NCBI GenBank assembly: GCA_039920065.1
Contig: JBDSEL010000019.1
Location: forward strand, 1-53,213
Reading direction: 5' to 3'
DNA: 53,213 nt
Source: Sphingomicrobium sp.
GTDB lineage: Bacteria > Pseudomonadota > Alphaproteobacteria > Sphingomonadales > Sphingomonadaceae
The notes below the pieces were generated by a model, which saw only the letters and a list, made by a program, of their open reading frames with translations, had not been told where the DNA came from and made no database searches. Position numbers and translations under genes: made by a program. Below are positions 43,141 through 53,213 of this stretch, piece after piece. Each line of letters opens with the position of its first letter. Position 1 is the first letter of the stretch.

Positions 43141-43620
43141 TCAGCCATGGTTGCGCAGCAGCCGCTGCTTCTCGCGATTCCAGTCGCGCGTCTTGATCGT
43201 CTCGCGCTTGTCATGCGCCTTCTTGCCGCGGGCCAGCGCCAGCTCGACCTTGGCCTTGCCGGCGGCGTTGAAATAGAGTGACAGCGGGACCAATGTCAGG
43301 CCCTGGCGCTGGATCGCGCCGGTCAGCTTGTTGATCTCCCGCCGCTTGAGCAGCAGCTGGCGCGGCCGTTTGGGATCGTGGTTCATCCAGCTGCCGCTTT
43401 TGTACATCGGGATGTTGGCGTTGATCAGCATGACATTGACGCCGTCGACCGTGGCATAGCTTTCGGCAATCGAACCCTCGCCGCCGCGCAGCGATTTGAC
43501 CTCCGTACCCTGGAGCGAAATGCCGGCCTCGAATTTCTCCTCGACGAAATATTCGTAATAGGCCCGCCGGTTATCGGCGACGACCTTGTGCTTGTCGAAG
43601 GGTTTGATAGCGCGCGGCAT
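43141..43620 (-). CDS. smpB: SsrA-binding protein SmpB
   Basis: [32 protein letters not shown]. Confidence 0.97.
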   Translation of the reverse strand: MPRAIKPFDKHKVVADNRRAYYEYFVEEKFEAGISLQGTEVKSLRGGEGSIAESYATVDGVNVMLINANIPMYKSGSWMNHDPKRPRQLLLKRREINKLTGAIQRQGLTLVPLSLYFNAAGKAKVELALARGKKAHDKRETIKTRDWNREKQRLLRNHG

Positions 43621-43627
43621 CGGGTTT

Positions 43628-44500
43628 CTAAGTCAATTCCGCATGCGCCAGCGCGGCATCGACCTCGGCGCGCGACGCGGCAGATGGCGCGGTCATCGGG
43701 GCGCGCAGGTCGGTCGGGAAATCGGGGCGAACCTTATTCAGCGCATATTTGGCTGGGCCAGGCGAAGCGTCGCTGAACAGCGCAGCGTGGAGCGGGAACA
43801 GCCGGTCCTGGAGAGCCAGCGCGTCTTCCCACCGTCCCTCGCGGGTTGCCCGCTGAAAATCGGCGCATAGCCGCGGCGCGACATTGGCGGTGACCGAAAT
43901 ACAGCCGACCCCGCCCATCGCATTGAAGCCTAGCGCCATATCGTCATTGCCGCTGAGCTGGACGAAATCCGTGCCGCAGGCCTCACGTTGGGCCGAGACG
44001 CGGGCGAGATTGCCGGTCGCGTCCTTGACCGCAACGACATTCGGCAATGCCGCCAACCGGCCCATCGTCTCGACCGCAATGTCGGTGATCGTGCGAGACG
44101 GCACGTTGTAGAGGACGATCGGGATGCCGATGTCGGCAACCGCCGCGAGATGGCCGTAAATGCCGTCCTGATTGGGCCGGTTGTAATAAGGCGGCACGTG
44201 AAGCGCCGCAGTTGCACCGGCGGCCATAGCGCTTTTGGTGAACTCGATCGCATGAGCGGTGTCGTTCGATCCGCAGCCCGCGATGACCGGCACCTTGCCC
44301 GCTGCCACCTCGACCGCGATCTCGATCATCCGCCGGTGCTCGGCGGTGGTAAGCGTCGCGCTTTCGCCGGTGGTGCCGCAGGGGACCAGGCCGTCGCTGC
44401 CCTCGGCCAGCTGCCAGGCGATAAAGTCTCGGAATAGCGCTTCATCGACTCGTCCTGCCGCAAACGGCGTCACAAGCGCGGGGATCGAGCCGAAAAACAT
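43628..44500 (-). CDS. dapA: 4-hydroxy-tetrahydrodipicolinate synthase
   Basis: ALVTPF, CGTTGES, PYYNRP, LYNVP, VKDAT. Confidence 0.96.
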   Translation of the reverse strand: MFFGSIPALVTPFAAGRVDEALFRDFIAWQLAEGSDGLVPCGTTGESATLTTAEHRRMIEIAVEVAAGKVPVIAGCGSNDTAHAIEFTKSAMAAGATAALHVPPYYNRPNQDGIYGHLAAVADIGIPIVLYNVPSRTITDIAVETMGRLAALPNVVAVKDATGNLARVSAQREACGTDFVQLSGNDDMALGFNAMGGVGCISVTANVAPRLCADFQRATREGRWEDALALQDRLFPLHAALFSDASPGPAKYALNKVRPDFPTDLRAPMTAPSAASRAEVDAALAHAELT

Positions 44501-44564
44501 GGTCTACCTTTCTCATGGCCGCGGCGGCGCCCGTTCAGCGCCTGATAAGGAGGGGTTTGCCAGA

Positions 44565-46520
44565 ATGTCCAGCATGAGCCGTGTATTGTACCTTGTGCCG
44601 CTGGCCGTGGCAGCGACGACCGCGGGCGCGGTGCAATATGCAGCGCCTTATGTTCAGCCGACCGCGCAGAATTATGGCGTGGATGTCGGCTATTCGCTCA
44701 ACGACTGGCGGCGACTGCGCGCAAGCAGCGGCTACAGTTTTGCGGATTATGCGCGGTTCCTCAATTCGAACCCCGGCTGGCCGGAAGAGAAGAAGCTGCG
44801 CGGCTGGGCCGAACGCGCCATGCACCCTGGGGAAAATGCTGCGACCGTGCTTACGTACTTCGCCAAGGAACGACCGCAATCGGGCAATGGCTGGGCGCGG
44901 CTGGCCGATGCCTATGTGGAGGCCCGCCGACCGGCGGATGCGCTGACCGCATCGCGCTGGGCGTGGAGTTCGCCCGATCTTTCGACCACCGACGATGGCG
45001 CGATCTGGGCGCGATATTCGGCCAATCTCACCCGCGCGGACCATGATGCGCGGATCGATGCCTTGCTGTTCGACAAGCAGCCCCAGGCTGCGCAGCGCTT
45101 CCTCGCTTTGGCCAGCCCTGCGCGGCAAGCGGCGTTCGCGGCGCGGATCGCGATGCAATCGAACGCCCCCGATGCCGAGGCCCGCTACGGCGCGGTGATC
45201 GGCCAGGTAACCAGCGATGCCGGCTTGATGATGGACCGTGCGCGGTTCCTGCGCGGCAATGGCTATGCCAATTCGTCGCAAGATCTGTTCGCCCGCAGCC
45301 ACCAGTTCAGCAATCGCCCCGCCGATGTCGATCGCTTCCTCGAAATGGCGCTGATCCTGGCGGGAGAAGCGCAGCAGGCGCGGCAATATCAAACTGCTTA
45401 CAACATCGCTCGCCAACTCGATGATTTGTTCGCAAACGGTGCTGATGTCACCGCACAAAGCTATGGTATGCGGGATAAATATACCAGTCTCGCGTGGCTC
45501 GGCGGCCGCGTCGCCTACGATCGCCTCAATAATTGGATCGGGGCTGCGGCGCTGTTTGAACGCTTTGGCCGCGGTGGCAAGTCGCTGCAGGTCGTCACCA
45601 AGGGCAGTTATTGGGCTGGCCGATCCTATGCTGCTGCCGGGCGATCCGTGGAAGGCAATGCCTTGTTCGCCCGCGCCGCTGCGCAGCCCGAGCTGTTTTA
45701 CGGCCAGCTCGCGCTCGAGCGGCTGGGCCGCGCCGTTCCCGCGCCCCCGGCCCCGGCCAACATGGCCTCCCCAACGCAGCGCGCCGCCTTCAACAGCCGC
45801 CGTCTGGTCCAGGCCATGAGAGTTCTGGCGCAGCAGGGCCGCTCGACCGAACAGGCCTTGTTCGTCCAGGCGCTGGCAACGTCCCTCGACAATGACGGCG
45901 ACCGGATGCTGGCCCTCGACTTTGGCCAGCAATTGGGCCGGCAGGACATTCCAGTGTGGGTCGCTCGGCAGGCGCGCAACAATGGCTCGTCCTTTTACGT
46001 TCGCCAGGCCTATCCTTCGCTTCCCAACAGCGGCAGCGCGGCCTGGTCGCTGGTTCACGGCATCACGCGCCAGGAAAGTTCGTTTGATCCCTATGCCATG
46101 AGCCACGCCGGCGCGCTCGGCATGATGCAATTGATGCGACCGACCGCGCGCGAGCAGGCGGGCAAGATGGGCCTCGGCTACGATGCCAATCGCCTGCTGT
46201 CCGACCCCAATTACAATGTCGCCTTGGGCTCGGCCTATCTGCAGCGCATGCTCAGCACATGGAACGGCAGCTATCCGTTGGCGATCGCCAGCTACAATGC
46301 CGGGGCCGGCAACGTCCGTAAGTGGATCCGTGGCTATGGCGACCCGCGCAGCAGCGTCGACATGGTCCGCTGGATCGAGGCGATCCCGATCCTGGAGACC
46401 CGCGGCTATGTCCAGCGGGTGGTCGAGAATGCCGTCGTCTATGACGCGATCAGCCGCGCGCCGGGGTCGCAATCGGCGCTCCACGTTTCGCGCTACCTCG
46501 GTAAGTCCACACCGGGCTAA
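44565..46520 (+). CDS. Slt70-like soluble lytic transglycosylase
   Basis: Signal peptide, TPR-like superhelix, GH23 motifs RQESSF, GMMQLM, ASYNAG, ETRGYVQRV. Start is 44565 or 44574. Confidence 0.92.
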   Translation: MSSMSRVLYLVPLAVAATTAGAVQYAAPYVQPTAQNYGVDVGYSLNDWRRLRASSGYSFADYARFLNSNPGWPEEKKLRGWAERAMHPGENAATVLTYFAKERPQSGNGWARLADAYVEARRPADALTASRWAWSSPDLSTTDDGAIWARYSANLTRADHDARIDALLFDKQPQAAQRFLALASPARQAAFAARIAMQSNAPDAEARYGAVIGQVTSDAGLMMDRARFLRGNGYANSSQDLFARSHQFSNRPADVDRFLEMALILAGEAQQARQYQTAYNIARQLDDLFANGADVTAQSYGMRDKYTSLAWLGGRVAYDRLNNWIGAAALFERFGRGGKSLQVVTKGSYWAGRSYAAAGRSVEGNALFARAAAQPELFYGQLALERLGRAVPAPPAPANMASPTQRAAFNSRRLVQAMRVLAQQGRSTEQALFVQALATSLDNDGDRMLALDFGQQLGRQDIPVWVARQARNNGSSFYVRQAYPSLPNSGSAAWSLVHGITRQESSFDPYAMSHAGALGMMQLMRPTAREQAGKMGLGYDANRLLSDPNYNVALGSAYLQRMLSTWNGSYPLAIASYNAGAGNVRKWIRGYGDPRSSVDMVRWIEAIPILETRGYVQRVVENAVVYDAISRAPGSQSALHVSRYLGKSTPG

Positions 46521-46529
46521 GGTCGGGCG

Positions 46530-47015
46530 ATGTCCGACCGCGTCCGTTTCATTACCCAGCAGGGCCTGGCCCGACTTCGCGCCGAATATGACGCCTTGTT
46601 CGGGGTCGAACGGCCGAAATTGGTCGAGACGATCAGCTGGGCGGCGGCCAATGGCGATCGCTCGGAGAACGGCGATTACATCTATGGCCGCAAGCGCCTG
46701 CGCGAGATCGATCGCCGGCTTGGTTATCTCGCCAAGGTGATGAAACAGGCCAAGGTTGTCGATCCCGCGGCGCAGGACACTGATCAAGTGCGCTTTGGCG
46801 CGCGGGTCGAGCTTGCCGACGAATTTGGCAATCGCCGAACGCTGACCATCATGGGTGACGACGAGGCTGACGCGGCGACGGGCACGATCGGCTGGAATGC
46901 ACCGCTGGCACGGGCGCTGGTCGGTGCACGCGTCGGTCACGAGCGAATCGTGTCCCTTCCCGGCGGCGAGAAAAGTTACGAAATCCTCGGCATTGCCTAT
47001 CCGTCCAAAGACTAA
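46530..47015 (+). CDS. greB: Transcription elongation factor GreB
   Basis: ERP......WAAANGDRSENGDYIYGRKRLREIDRR. Confidence 0.95.
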   Translation: MSDRVRFITQQGLARLRAEYDALFGVERPKLVETISWAAANGDRSENGDYIYGRKRLREIDRRLGYLAKVMKQAKVVDPAAQDTDQVRFGARVELADEFGNRRTLTIMGDDEADAATGTIGWNAPLARALVGARVGHERIVSLPGGEKSYEILGIAYPSKD

Positions 47016-47737
47016 GCGGCGCGTTCCCCGGTGGCGAGCATATGGGGCGGCTCGAGCGGCATCGCTAATCGATAGGCATCGAGCACCGCCGTCAGCGCGC
47101 TATCGGCGGCATGGGCCGAATCATTGCCGTCGATGAAGGTCCACGGCGACCAGCGGGTGTCGCTATTGTCGCGCAGGTCCTCGATCGCCTGACCATAGCC
47201 TGGGTGCGATGCGTCAAGCTCCAATGAAGCGTCGGCCAACCATGGATCGGCGGCGCGTTCGGCCAGGCGCCGGGCTTGCACCTCGGGGTCGACGGTAAAG
47301 AATAGTTTCACCAGCAAGGTGCCGTAGTCGCGCTGCTGCGCCTCGAACTCGTTGATCTCGTCGAACGCGCGCGCCAGCATCTTGCCCTCGACCTCGCCTG
47401 CAAGCCGCTCGTCGATCACGCGCCGATACCAGCTGCGCAGGAACATGGTCGTCTCGCCGGCGGCCGGAAGGTGGCGCCAGAAGCGCGCCAGCCAGTGGCC
47501 GTCGGCGCTCGATCGGCGCTCGCGATGGATGCAGTGGACGGCGAAATGGCACGGGTCGAATGTCGCCGCGAGCGCCTTGAGCGCGGCCTTCTTGCCCGCC
47601 CCGTCAGGTCCTTCGACCAGGACGATGACTCGCCGCCCGTGCGCGATCTGCGCCAATTGGGCGCGCGCCAGCTCGGCGCACAGCTTGCTTTGCGCTTCGC
47701 CCGGCGTCCTGGTTGGATCGCTCCGCAACTCCGTCAT
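47012..47737 (-). CDS. Polyphosphate kinase 2 (PPK2) family protein, degenerate
   Basis: EGPDGAGK Walker A, RFW..LP..G, DEINEFEAQQ, DTRWSPW..IDGND; Walker B DRSWY reads LRSWY. Confidence 0.8.
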   Translation of the reverse strand: MTELRSDPTRTPGEAQSKLCAELARAQLAQIAHGRRVIVLVEGPDGAGKKAALKALAATFDPCHFAVHCIHRERRSSADGHWLARFWRHLPAAGETTMFLRSWYRRVIDERLAGEVEGKMLARAFDEINEFEAQQRDYGTLLVKLFFTVDPEVQARRLAERAADPWLADASLELDASHPGYGQAIEDLRDNSDTRWSPWTFIDGNDSAHAADSALTAVLDAYRLAMPLEPPHMLATGERAA

Positions 47738-47864
47738 GTCCCCTGCTCCCGGTCAGACTGGTAAACCGGGAATTCGCCAGACACAATTATGTCGCTCGAC
47801 GGGCCGGGCGAAATTCGTGCTGAAATAGGACGTTCGAGGTCTTGAGCGGCCGCAAGCCCGCGAC

Positions 47865-49640
47865 CTAGCTGTCGGTGACGACCCGGATCGCCAGTTCCTT
47901 GAGCTGCCGGGCGGTGACTGGTGCCGGTGCGTTCATCAGCAGGTCTTCGGCTTTCTGGTTCATCGGGAAGGCGATAACTTCGCGGATGTTAGGTTCGTCG
48001 GCGATCAGCATGACTATGCGGTCGATGCCGGGGGCGGACCCGCCGTGCGGCGGAGCGCCGAACTTGAACGCGCCGATCATGCCCGGGAAGTTGGTGTCGA
48101 CTTCGTCGCTAGAATAGCCGGCGATTTCAAACGCCTTGTACATGATATCGGGCCGGTGGTTGCGAATCGCGCCCGAGCTTAGCTCAACGCCATTGCAGAC
48201 GATGTCATATTGCCACGCCAGGATGTCGAGCGGGTCCTTTGTCTCGAGCGCTTCCATCCCGCCCTGGGGCATCGAAAAGGGATTGTGGCTGAAATCGACC
48301 TTCTTATTGTCCTCGTCATATTCGAACATCGGGAAATCGACGACCCAGCAGAATTTGAACCCGCCGTGCTCGATCAGGTCGAGCTGTTCGGCGACGCGGG
48401 TGCGGGCAAGGCCGGCGAGCTTGGCCGCGTCGCTTTCCTTGCCGGCGGCGAAGAAGATGCCGTCATCGGGTCCAAGGCCGAGCTGGGCGGCAATCGCGTC
48501 CATGCCCTCGATGCCGTGGTTCTTGGCGATCGGGCCGCCCCATTCGCCGGCTTTGCGGGTGGCATAGCCAAGGCCGGCGAAGCCCTCGCCGCGCGCCCAA
48601 TCGTTCATCTCGTCGAAGAACTTGCGGCTTTTCTCGGCGGTGCCCGGCGCGGCGACCGCGCGGACCACCATGCCCTTGTCGACCAGTCCGGCGAACAGGC
48701 CGAAGCCCGAACCCTTGAAGTGATCGCCGACGTCGTGGACGATCAGCGGATTGCGCAGATCGGGCTTGTCGCTGCCATATTTCAGCATCGCATCCTTGTA
48801 GGGAATGCGTGGATAGTCGCCCGCCGGAGTGACCGCGCGGCCATCAGCGAATTCGGCAAACACCCCCGACAACACCGGTTCGATCGCATTGAACACGTCG
48901 TCCTGGGTGACGAAGCTCATTTCGAAGTCGAGTTGGTAGAATTCGCCCGGGCTGCGGTCGGCGCGCGCGTCTTCGTCGCGGAAGCACGGAGCGATCTGAA
49001 AATAGCGGTCGAAGCCAGCGACCATCAGCAATTGCTTGAACATCTGCGGCGCCTGCGGGAGCGCGTAGAACTTGCCTGGATGGACCCGGCTGGGCACCAG
49101 ATAATCGCGCGCGCCCTCGGGCGAGGACGCGGTCAGGATGGGCGTCTGAAACTCGGTAAAGCCCTGCTCGATCATCCGCCGGCGGATCGACGAGATGATT
49201 TGCGCGCGAAGCACGATGTTGCGGTGAACGCTCTCGCGGCGAAGGTCGAGATAACGGTATTTGAGGCGGATATCTTCGGGATATTCGGCCTCGCCAGCGA
49301 CCGGCATGGGCAGCTCGGCGGCGCTCGACTGGACCTCGACCGATTGGGCGATGACCTCAATGTCCCCCGTGGCGAGCTTGGCATTGACCGCCCCACCTTC
49401 GCGCCCGACGACCTCGCCGGTGATCGTCACGACCGATTCGACGCGCAGCGAATCGAGCAGAGCGAGCGCCTCGGTCCCGGTCCGCGCCACGATCTGGGTC
49501 AGCCCGTAATGATCGCGCAAATCGACGAACAGCACACCACCATGATCGCGCTTGCGGTGGATCCATCCGGACAGGCGGACGGTCGACCCGACGTCGCTGG
49601 AACGAAGGTCGGCGCAGGTGTGGGAACGGTAGGCGTGCAT
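47865..49640 (-). CDS. aspS: Aspartate--tRNA ligase (probably non-discriminating Asp/Asn)
   Basis: RDHGG (His typical of the ND type), [38 protein letters not shown]. Confidence 0.97.
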   Translation of the reverse strand: MHAYRSHTCADLRSSDVGSTVRLSGWIHRKRDHGGVLFVDLRDHYGLTQIVARTGTEALALLDSLRVESVVTITGEVVGREGGAVNAKLATGDIEVIAQSVEVQSSAAELPMPVAGEAEYPEDIRLKYRYLDLRRESVHRNIVLRAQIISSIRRRMIEQGFTEFQTPILTASSPEGARDYLVPSRVHPGKFYALPQAPQMFKQLLMVAGFDRYFQIAPCFRDEDARADRSPGEFYQLDFEMSFVTQDDVFNAIEPVLSGVFAEFADGRAVTPAGDYPRIPYKDAMLKYGSDKPDLRNPLIVHDVGDHFKGSGFGLFAGLVDKGMVVRAVAAPGTAEKSRKFFDEMNDWARGEGFAGLGYATRKAGEWGGPIAKNHGIEGMDAIAAQLGLGPDDGIFFAAGKESDAAKLAGLARTRVAEQLDLIEHGGFKFCWVVDFPMFEYDEDNKKVDFSHNPFSMPQGGMEALETKDPLDILAWQYDIVCNGVELSSGAIRNHRPDIMYKAFEIAGYSSDEVDTNFPGMIGAFKFGAPPHGGSAPGIDRIVMLIADEPNIREVIAFPMNQKAEDLLMNAPAPVTARQLKELAIRVVTDS

Positions 49641-49758
49641 GACGGGTCTCGAACAACGAAAGGGGTGGTTGCGATACGGAAAAATGCGCGCGCCGCGCTT
49701 CCCCGTGCCGAAGAGTTTTGTCAACCCGTCGAGGCGCGGCTATGGCCCCCGCTAAGCC

Positions 49759-50946
49759 ATGCGAATCCATCCCCTAATCAACCGCACCGAAGACTTGGAG
49801 TCGCTCGTCGAGCGCTTGTCGGCTCATCCGTTCGTCGCCGTCGACACCGAGTTCATGCGCGAAAACACCTATTGGCCGGAATTGTGCTTGATCCAGGTGG
49901 CCTCGCCCGATGAGGCCGCGGCGATCGATCCGCAGGCCGAGGGCATCGACATGTCGTGCCTGCTCGACCTGTTCGTCAAGAACAACGAAGTGCTCAAGGT
50001 CTTCCACGCTGGCGGCCAGGACCTGGAAATCATCCACAATCTCACCAGCAAGGTGCCGATTCCGTTGTTCGACACCCAGATCGCGGCGATGGCGCTCGGG
50101 CATGGCGAGCAGATCGGTTACTCCAATTTGATCGAGAGCCTGCTCGGTCATAGCCTCGACAAGGGTGCTCGGTTCACTGATTGGTCGCGCCGCCCGCTCG
50201 ACAAGCGCCAGATCGATTATGCAATCGCCGACGTTACCCACCTCGCCACCGTATTTCCGCGCATGGTCGAAAAATTGAAAAAGACCGGGCGCGGCGGCTG
50301 GCTGGACGAGGAGATGGAGCGCCTGGCCGATCCGTCGAGCTTCGCCTTCCCGCCCGAGGATGCATGGAAGCGGCTCAAGCTGCCAAGCCGCAACCCGCTG
50401 GTGCTCGGCCGCTTAAAAGCGGTGGCGGCGTGGCGCGAAACCGAGGCACGGCAGAAGAATCTGCCCCGGGGCCGGATTATCAAGGACGATACGCTGAGCG
50501 AAATCGTACTCCACCCGCCCAAGGAGCAGGAAGATCTCGGCCGAATTCGCGGGCTCAGCGCGGGTTGGCGCAACAATGATATTGGCGCGCGGCTGATGGG
50601 CGCGTTGGCCAAGGCCCAACCTCTCGACGCTGAGGAATTGCCCGATCGCGAACCGCGCCGTCCCGGCCTGACCAAAGATGGCGTATTGGTCAGCGACCTG
50701 TTGAAATTACTTCTTAAGATCCGGGCCAAGGAAACCGGCGTCGCTGCGCGTCTCATTGCCCGCGCCGACGAGCTGGAAGCGCTTGCCGCCGGCGTTCGGC
50801 GCGATCTCAAAATCCTTGGCGGCTGGCGGTTCGACCAGTTCGGCAAGGATGCGCTAGATTTGGTCGAGGGCCGACTCGGCTTTGCCATCGAACAAGGCAA
50901 GTTGAAGATGAGCCGCCTTGCCAATGAGGAGACGATCGATGCGTAA
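49759..50946 (+). CDS. rnd: Ribonuclease D
   Basis: VDTEFMRENTYWP, KVFHAGGQD, FDTQIAA, DWSRRPL...YA..DV, HRDC domain. Confidence 0.95.
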   Translation: MRIHPLINRTEDLESLVERLSAHPFVAVDTEFMRENTYWPELCLIQVASPDEAAAIDPQAEGIDMSCLLDLFVKNNEVLKVFHAGGQDLEIIHNLTSKVPIPLFDTQIAAMALGHGEQIGYSNLIESLLGHSLDKGARFTDWSRRPLDKRQIDYAIADVTHLATVFPRMVEKLKKTGRGGWLDEEMERLADPSSFAFPPEDAWKRLKLPSRNPLVLGRLKAVAAWRETEARQKNLPRGRIIKDDTLSEIVLHPPKEQEDLGRIRGLSAGWRNNDIGARLMGALAKAQPLDAEELPDREPRRPGLTKDGVLVSDLLKLLLKIRAKETGVAARLIARADELEALAAGVRRDLKILGGWRFDQFGKDALDLVEGRLGFAIEQGKLKMSRLANEETIDA

Positions 50947-51226
50947 ATTGCTGCTGCTGTTGCCGGTGCTCGCCGCGGGCTGCGCCGATCTCTACCCGCC
51001 GCCGGTCCCGCCGCATTTCGAGGGTAAATGCGATGCCGCTGCGGCGCAAAGCTTTGTCGGCCAGGCGGTCAGCCAGGACGCCGGAACCGCAATCAAGGCG
51101 GCGACTCGCGCGACTTTTTTCCGCTGGGCCGCCCCCAACACGATGTTGACGATGGATTTCAGCCCGGTGCGGGTGACGGTCCACTACGGGTCCGACAACC
51201 GGATCAGCCAGATCGTCTGCGGCTAG
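50939..51226 (+). CDS. Peptidase inhibitor I78 family lipoprotein
   Basis: Lipobox LAAGC, CDA..AQ.FVG, TMDF...RV, C-terminal CG. Confidence 0.85.
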   Translation: MRKLLLLLPVLAAGCADLYPPPVPPHFEGKCDAAAAQSFVGQAVSQDAGTAIKAATRATFFRWAAPNTMLTMDFSPVRVTVHYGSDNRISQIVCG

Positions 51227-51846
51227 GCCGCTTCCCCGATCAACTTGGAATCGCTTAGGGCTCGTCGTACCGTCGGCAGGCTGAGCCGCGCCCGCTCGGC
51301 GATAGCGAAGCGGTCGACCACCTCCACCGCCCGCTCCGCAGTCCAATAATCGCGGTGCAGCCGCTGCGCCATGAAGCGCAACGCATCGCCCGGAATATGC
51401 AACCCGCGATCAGCGAAGTGCAGCTGGATGAGATGCGTGAACAAAGGGTCGTCGGGAAGCGCGATTGTCACCACTGGCGTTACCGCCAAGCGGGTTTTGA
51501 GATCGGGCAATCGCGGATGCCAGGCCGGCGGCGCGCGGTCGGCGACCATGACCAACGGCCGCCCGCTGTCCTGCGCCTCATTCCAGGCGTGAAACAGCTC
51601 CTCTTCATCGCGCTGCTCGGAATCGTCGAACAGGCGCCCGCCGACCCGCTCGACAAAAGTTCGCGCGAGCAATGAGCGGCCAGATCGGCGCGGCCCGGTC
51701 AGGATCGTCGCCTTGACCGGCCACAGGCTCCACTGGCGGAAATGGTCGAACGCCGCGCGGTTGGCATCGGTCAGGATGAAGCGCGAATCGCCTTCGGTCT
51801 GCGGCCAGTCGAGCGGAAGCGCGATCTGGTCGAGCTTGGGCTTCAC
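51223..51846 (-). CDS. hdaA: HdaA/DnaA-like regulatory inactivator (short form)
   Basis: N-terminal clamp-binding QIALPL, F.....N..A, GP..SGRS.L, LFH.WN, LPDL.TRL. Confidence 0.8.
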   Translation of the reverse strand: MKPKLDQIALPLDWPQTEGDSRFILTDANRAAFDHFRQWSLWPVKATILTGPRRSGRSLLARTFVERVGGRLFDDSEQRDEEELFHAWNEAQDSGRPLVMVADRAPPAWHPRLPDLKTRLAVTPVVTIALPDDPLFTHLIQLHFADRGLHIPGDALRFMAQRLHRDYWTAERAVEVVDRFAIAERARLSLPTVRRALSDSKLIGEAA

Positions 51847-53150
51847 GGGCTGAATGTCCCGCTGCTGTTGGACTGGGGCGATTGCGCCGGCGGCGTGGCC
51901 GGTTGCGGTTGCGGCTGGGTCGGCGGCGGCGGGCTCGGAATGGGCGGCGGCCTATCGGATCCCGATTTGATGCGGATGACTGAGCCCGAGGCTTCGACCG
52001 TCCAGCCGCGCGCGGCAAGCGCTGCACCCAGTTGCTGGATACTGCCCTTAAACGACACCAGGATGTAGCTTGTGCCGCCCGGATTGATCTGCTGCGGGCT
52101 GGCGCTCTCGATACCGCCAAGCGTGCGCAGATGCGCCATTGCAAAATTATAGGCGCTGACGTCCTTGCCGCTGACCTGGATCTGGAGCGCAGTGGCCGGC
52201 ACGGTTGCCTGCGTGGTCGGCGCCTCCGCCTCGTCGATCACTTCCTCGACTGGCGGCGGCGGCAGGTTGAGCGACGGATCGCGCGCCAGCTGACCGGCGG
52301 CGAGCGCCTGTCCGAACAAGGCGTCCATGCGCTTGACGCCAGCGGCCATCATTGCCGGGATCGAATCGCTGTCGTTGGCGGTCAAGGTGAAGCCGCCGAC
52401 AATCTGGTTGTCGGGGCCGTGGCGGGCAATGAACCGGGCCCTTGCCGGTCCGCCGGGATAAAGCCGCTGCAGCTGCACTTCGGCGACCAGGATATCCGCC
52501 GCGCCGTAGAGATCGACGATATTTCGCCACCAGCCGCGGCCCGGGCGACTAAGCTGAGCGGCATTGACCAAAACCGGGTCGACGCCGAGGCCGGAGATGC
52601 GGACATAGTCGATCGCGCTGTCGGTGGTTCGGAACTGGGCCCAGGCGCGCTGCCATGCATTGCGCAGCTCGACGCTGGTCGCGGTGCCGCCGCTGACCGT
52701 CACCGGGATCAGCAGCATCGGCTGCGAGCGGCGCACCTCGCCCCCCGACACGCCGAGATATTCAGCGGCACGGGCGCGGTCGAACATCACCCCCAAATCG
52801 GCGATATAGCGATTGGGGCCAATCTCCTCGCGCTCGACATTGATCGAGCTGACGATCTGGTCGAGGGTCGAATCCGGCAGATTAGGCGCTTCGCTCAGCG
52901 GCAACTTGTGCATTTCGGCATAGAGTTTCTTGAAGCCCTCGCGCTGGGCGATGCGCCAACCTGCATAGCGCGCGGTGAGCGAGTCCTTGGCCCCGACATC
53001 GACGTGGATGCCGCCAATTTCGAGCTGGCCGGAACTATCAATTGGGAGAATCCCGCGATTTCCCGCTTCGAGCTGCCCATAGACGACCGCCGACGCGCCG
53101 GCGATCGCGAGCAGCAGGATGATCAATATTGCGGTCGGGCGGCGAAGCAT
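51843..53150 (-). CDS. Conserved exported protein upstream of hdaA (DUF2066-like), Pro/Gln-rich tail
   Basis: N-terminal TM/signal; VDV.A....AR..G...A.R and V..E..G..RYIA.L.V.F pattern; GTGA overlap with hdaA. Confidence 0.6.
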   Translation of the reverse strand: MLRRPTAILIILLLAIAGASAVVYGQLEAGNRGILPIDSSGQLEIGGIHVDVGAKDSLTARYAGWRIAQREGFKKLYAEMHKLPLSEAPNLPDSTLDQIVSSINVEREEIGPNRYIADLGVMFDRARAAEYLGVSGGEVRRSQPMLLIPVTVSGGTATSVELRNAWQRAWAQFRTTDSAIDYVRISGLGVDPVLVNAAQLSRPGRGWWRNIVDLYGAADILVAEVQLQRLYPGGPARARFIARHGPDNQIVGGFTLTANDSDSIPAMMAAGVKRMDALFGQALAAGQLARDPSLNLPPPPVEEVIDEAEAPTTQATVPATALQIQVSGKDVSAYNFAMAHLRTLGGIESASPQQINPGGTSYILVSFKGSIQQLGAALAARGWTVEASGSVIRIKSGSDRPPPIPSPPPPTQPQPQPATPPAQSPQSNSSGTFSP

Positions 53151-53213
53151 CGCGCCGCTTTTGGCGATAACGGCGTGGAAATCCAAGCGGCTTGTCTCTA
53201 TCGGCCCCAAAGA

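Noticed and set aside
44535-46940. 801-aa minus-strand ORF antisense to slt/greB
   Set aside because: Antisense shadow of well-supported genes. The same applies to 12242-13981, 25159-26889, 33964-35202, 36548-38020 and 48210-49913.

Overview
GC-rich alphaproteobacterial core-chromosome segment, most likely Sphingomonadaceae (gene order psd-pssA-rpsB, cckA-sdrG, ccmCDEFGH, lon-hup-tRNA-Val; tRNA-His with G-1/C73). It is densely packed with housekeeping genes: pssA, psd, icd, alaS, mtgA, dnaE, lolD and lolC/E, proS, metC, kup, ald, ccm operon, Leu/Phe/Val dehydrogenase, hup, lon, clpX, cckA, smpB, dapA, slt, greB, aspS, rnd and hdaA, plus three tRNAs. I found no mobile element, CRISPR array, prophage or defence island. 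The interesting signals are small. (1) A 75-aa membrane ORF divergent from rpsB has a perfect alphaproteobacterial LexA box over a TTGACA promoter and a second, EcfG-type promoter; it is a candidate SOS/general-stress checkpoint protein. (2) A ~170-nt structured, terminator-ended RNA that I cannot assign lies between proS and metC. (3) Several conserved Arg codons read TGC in CGCG contexts, including the motif-2 Arg of ProRS. (4) A PPK2 homologue has lost catalytic motifs. (5) Many housekeeping genes have a leaderless promoter layout. Family assignments come from motif recognition only; no database search was run.
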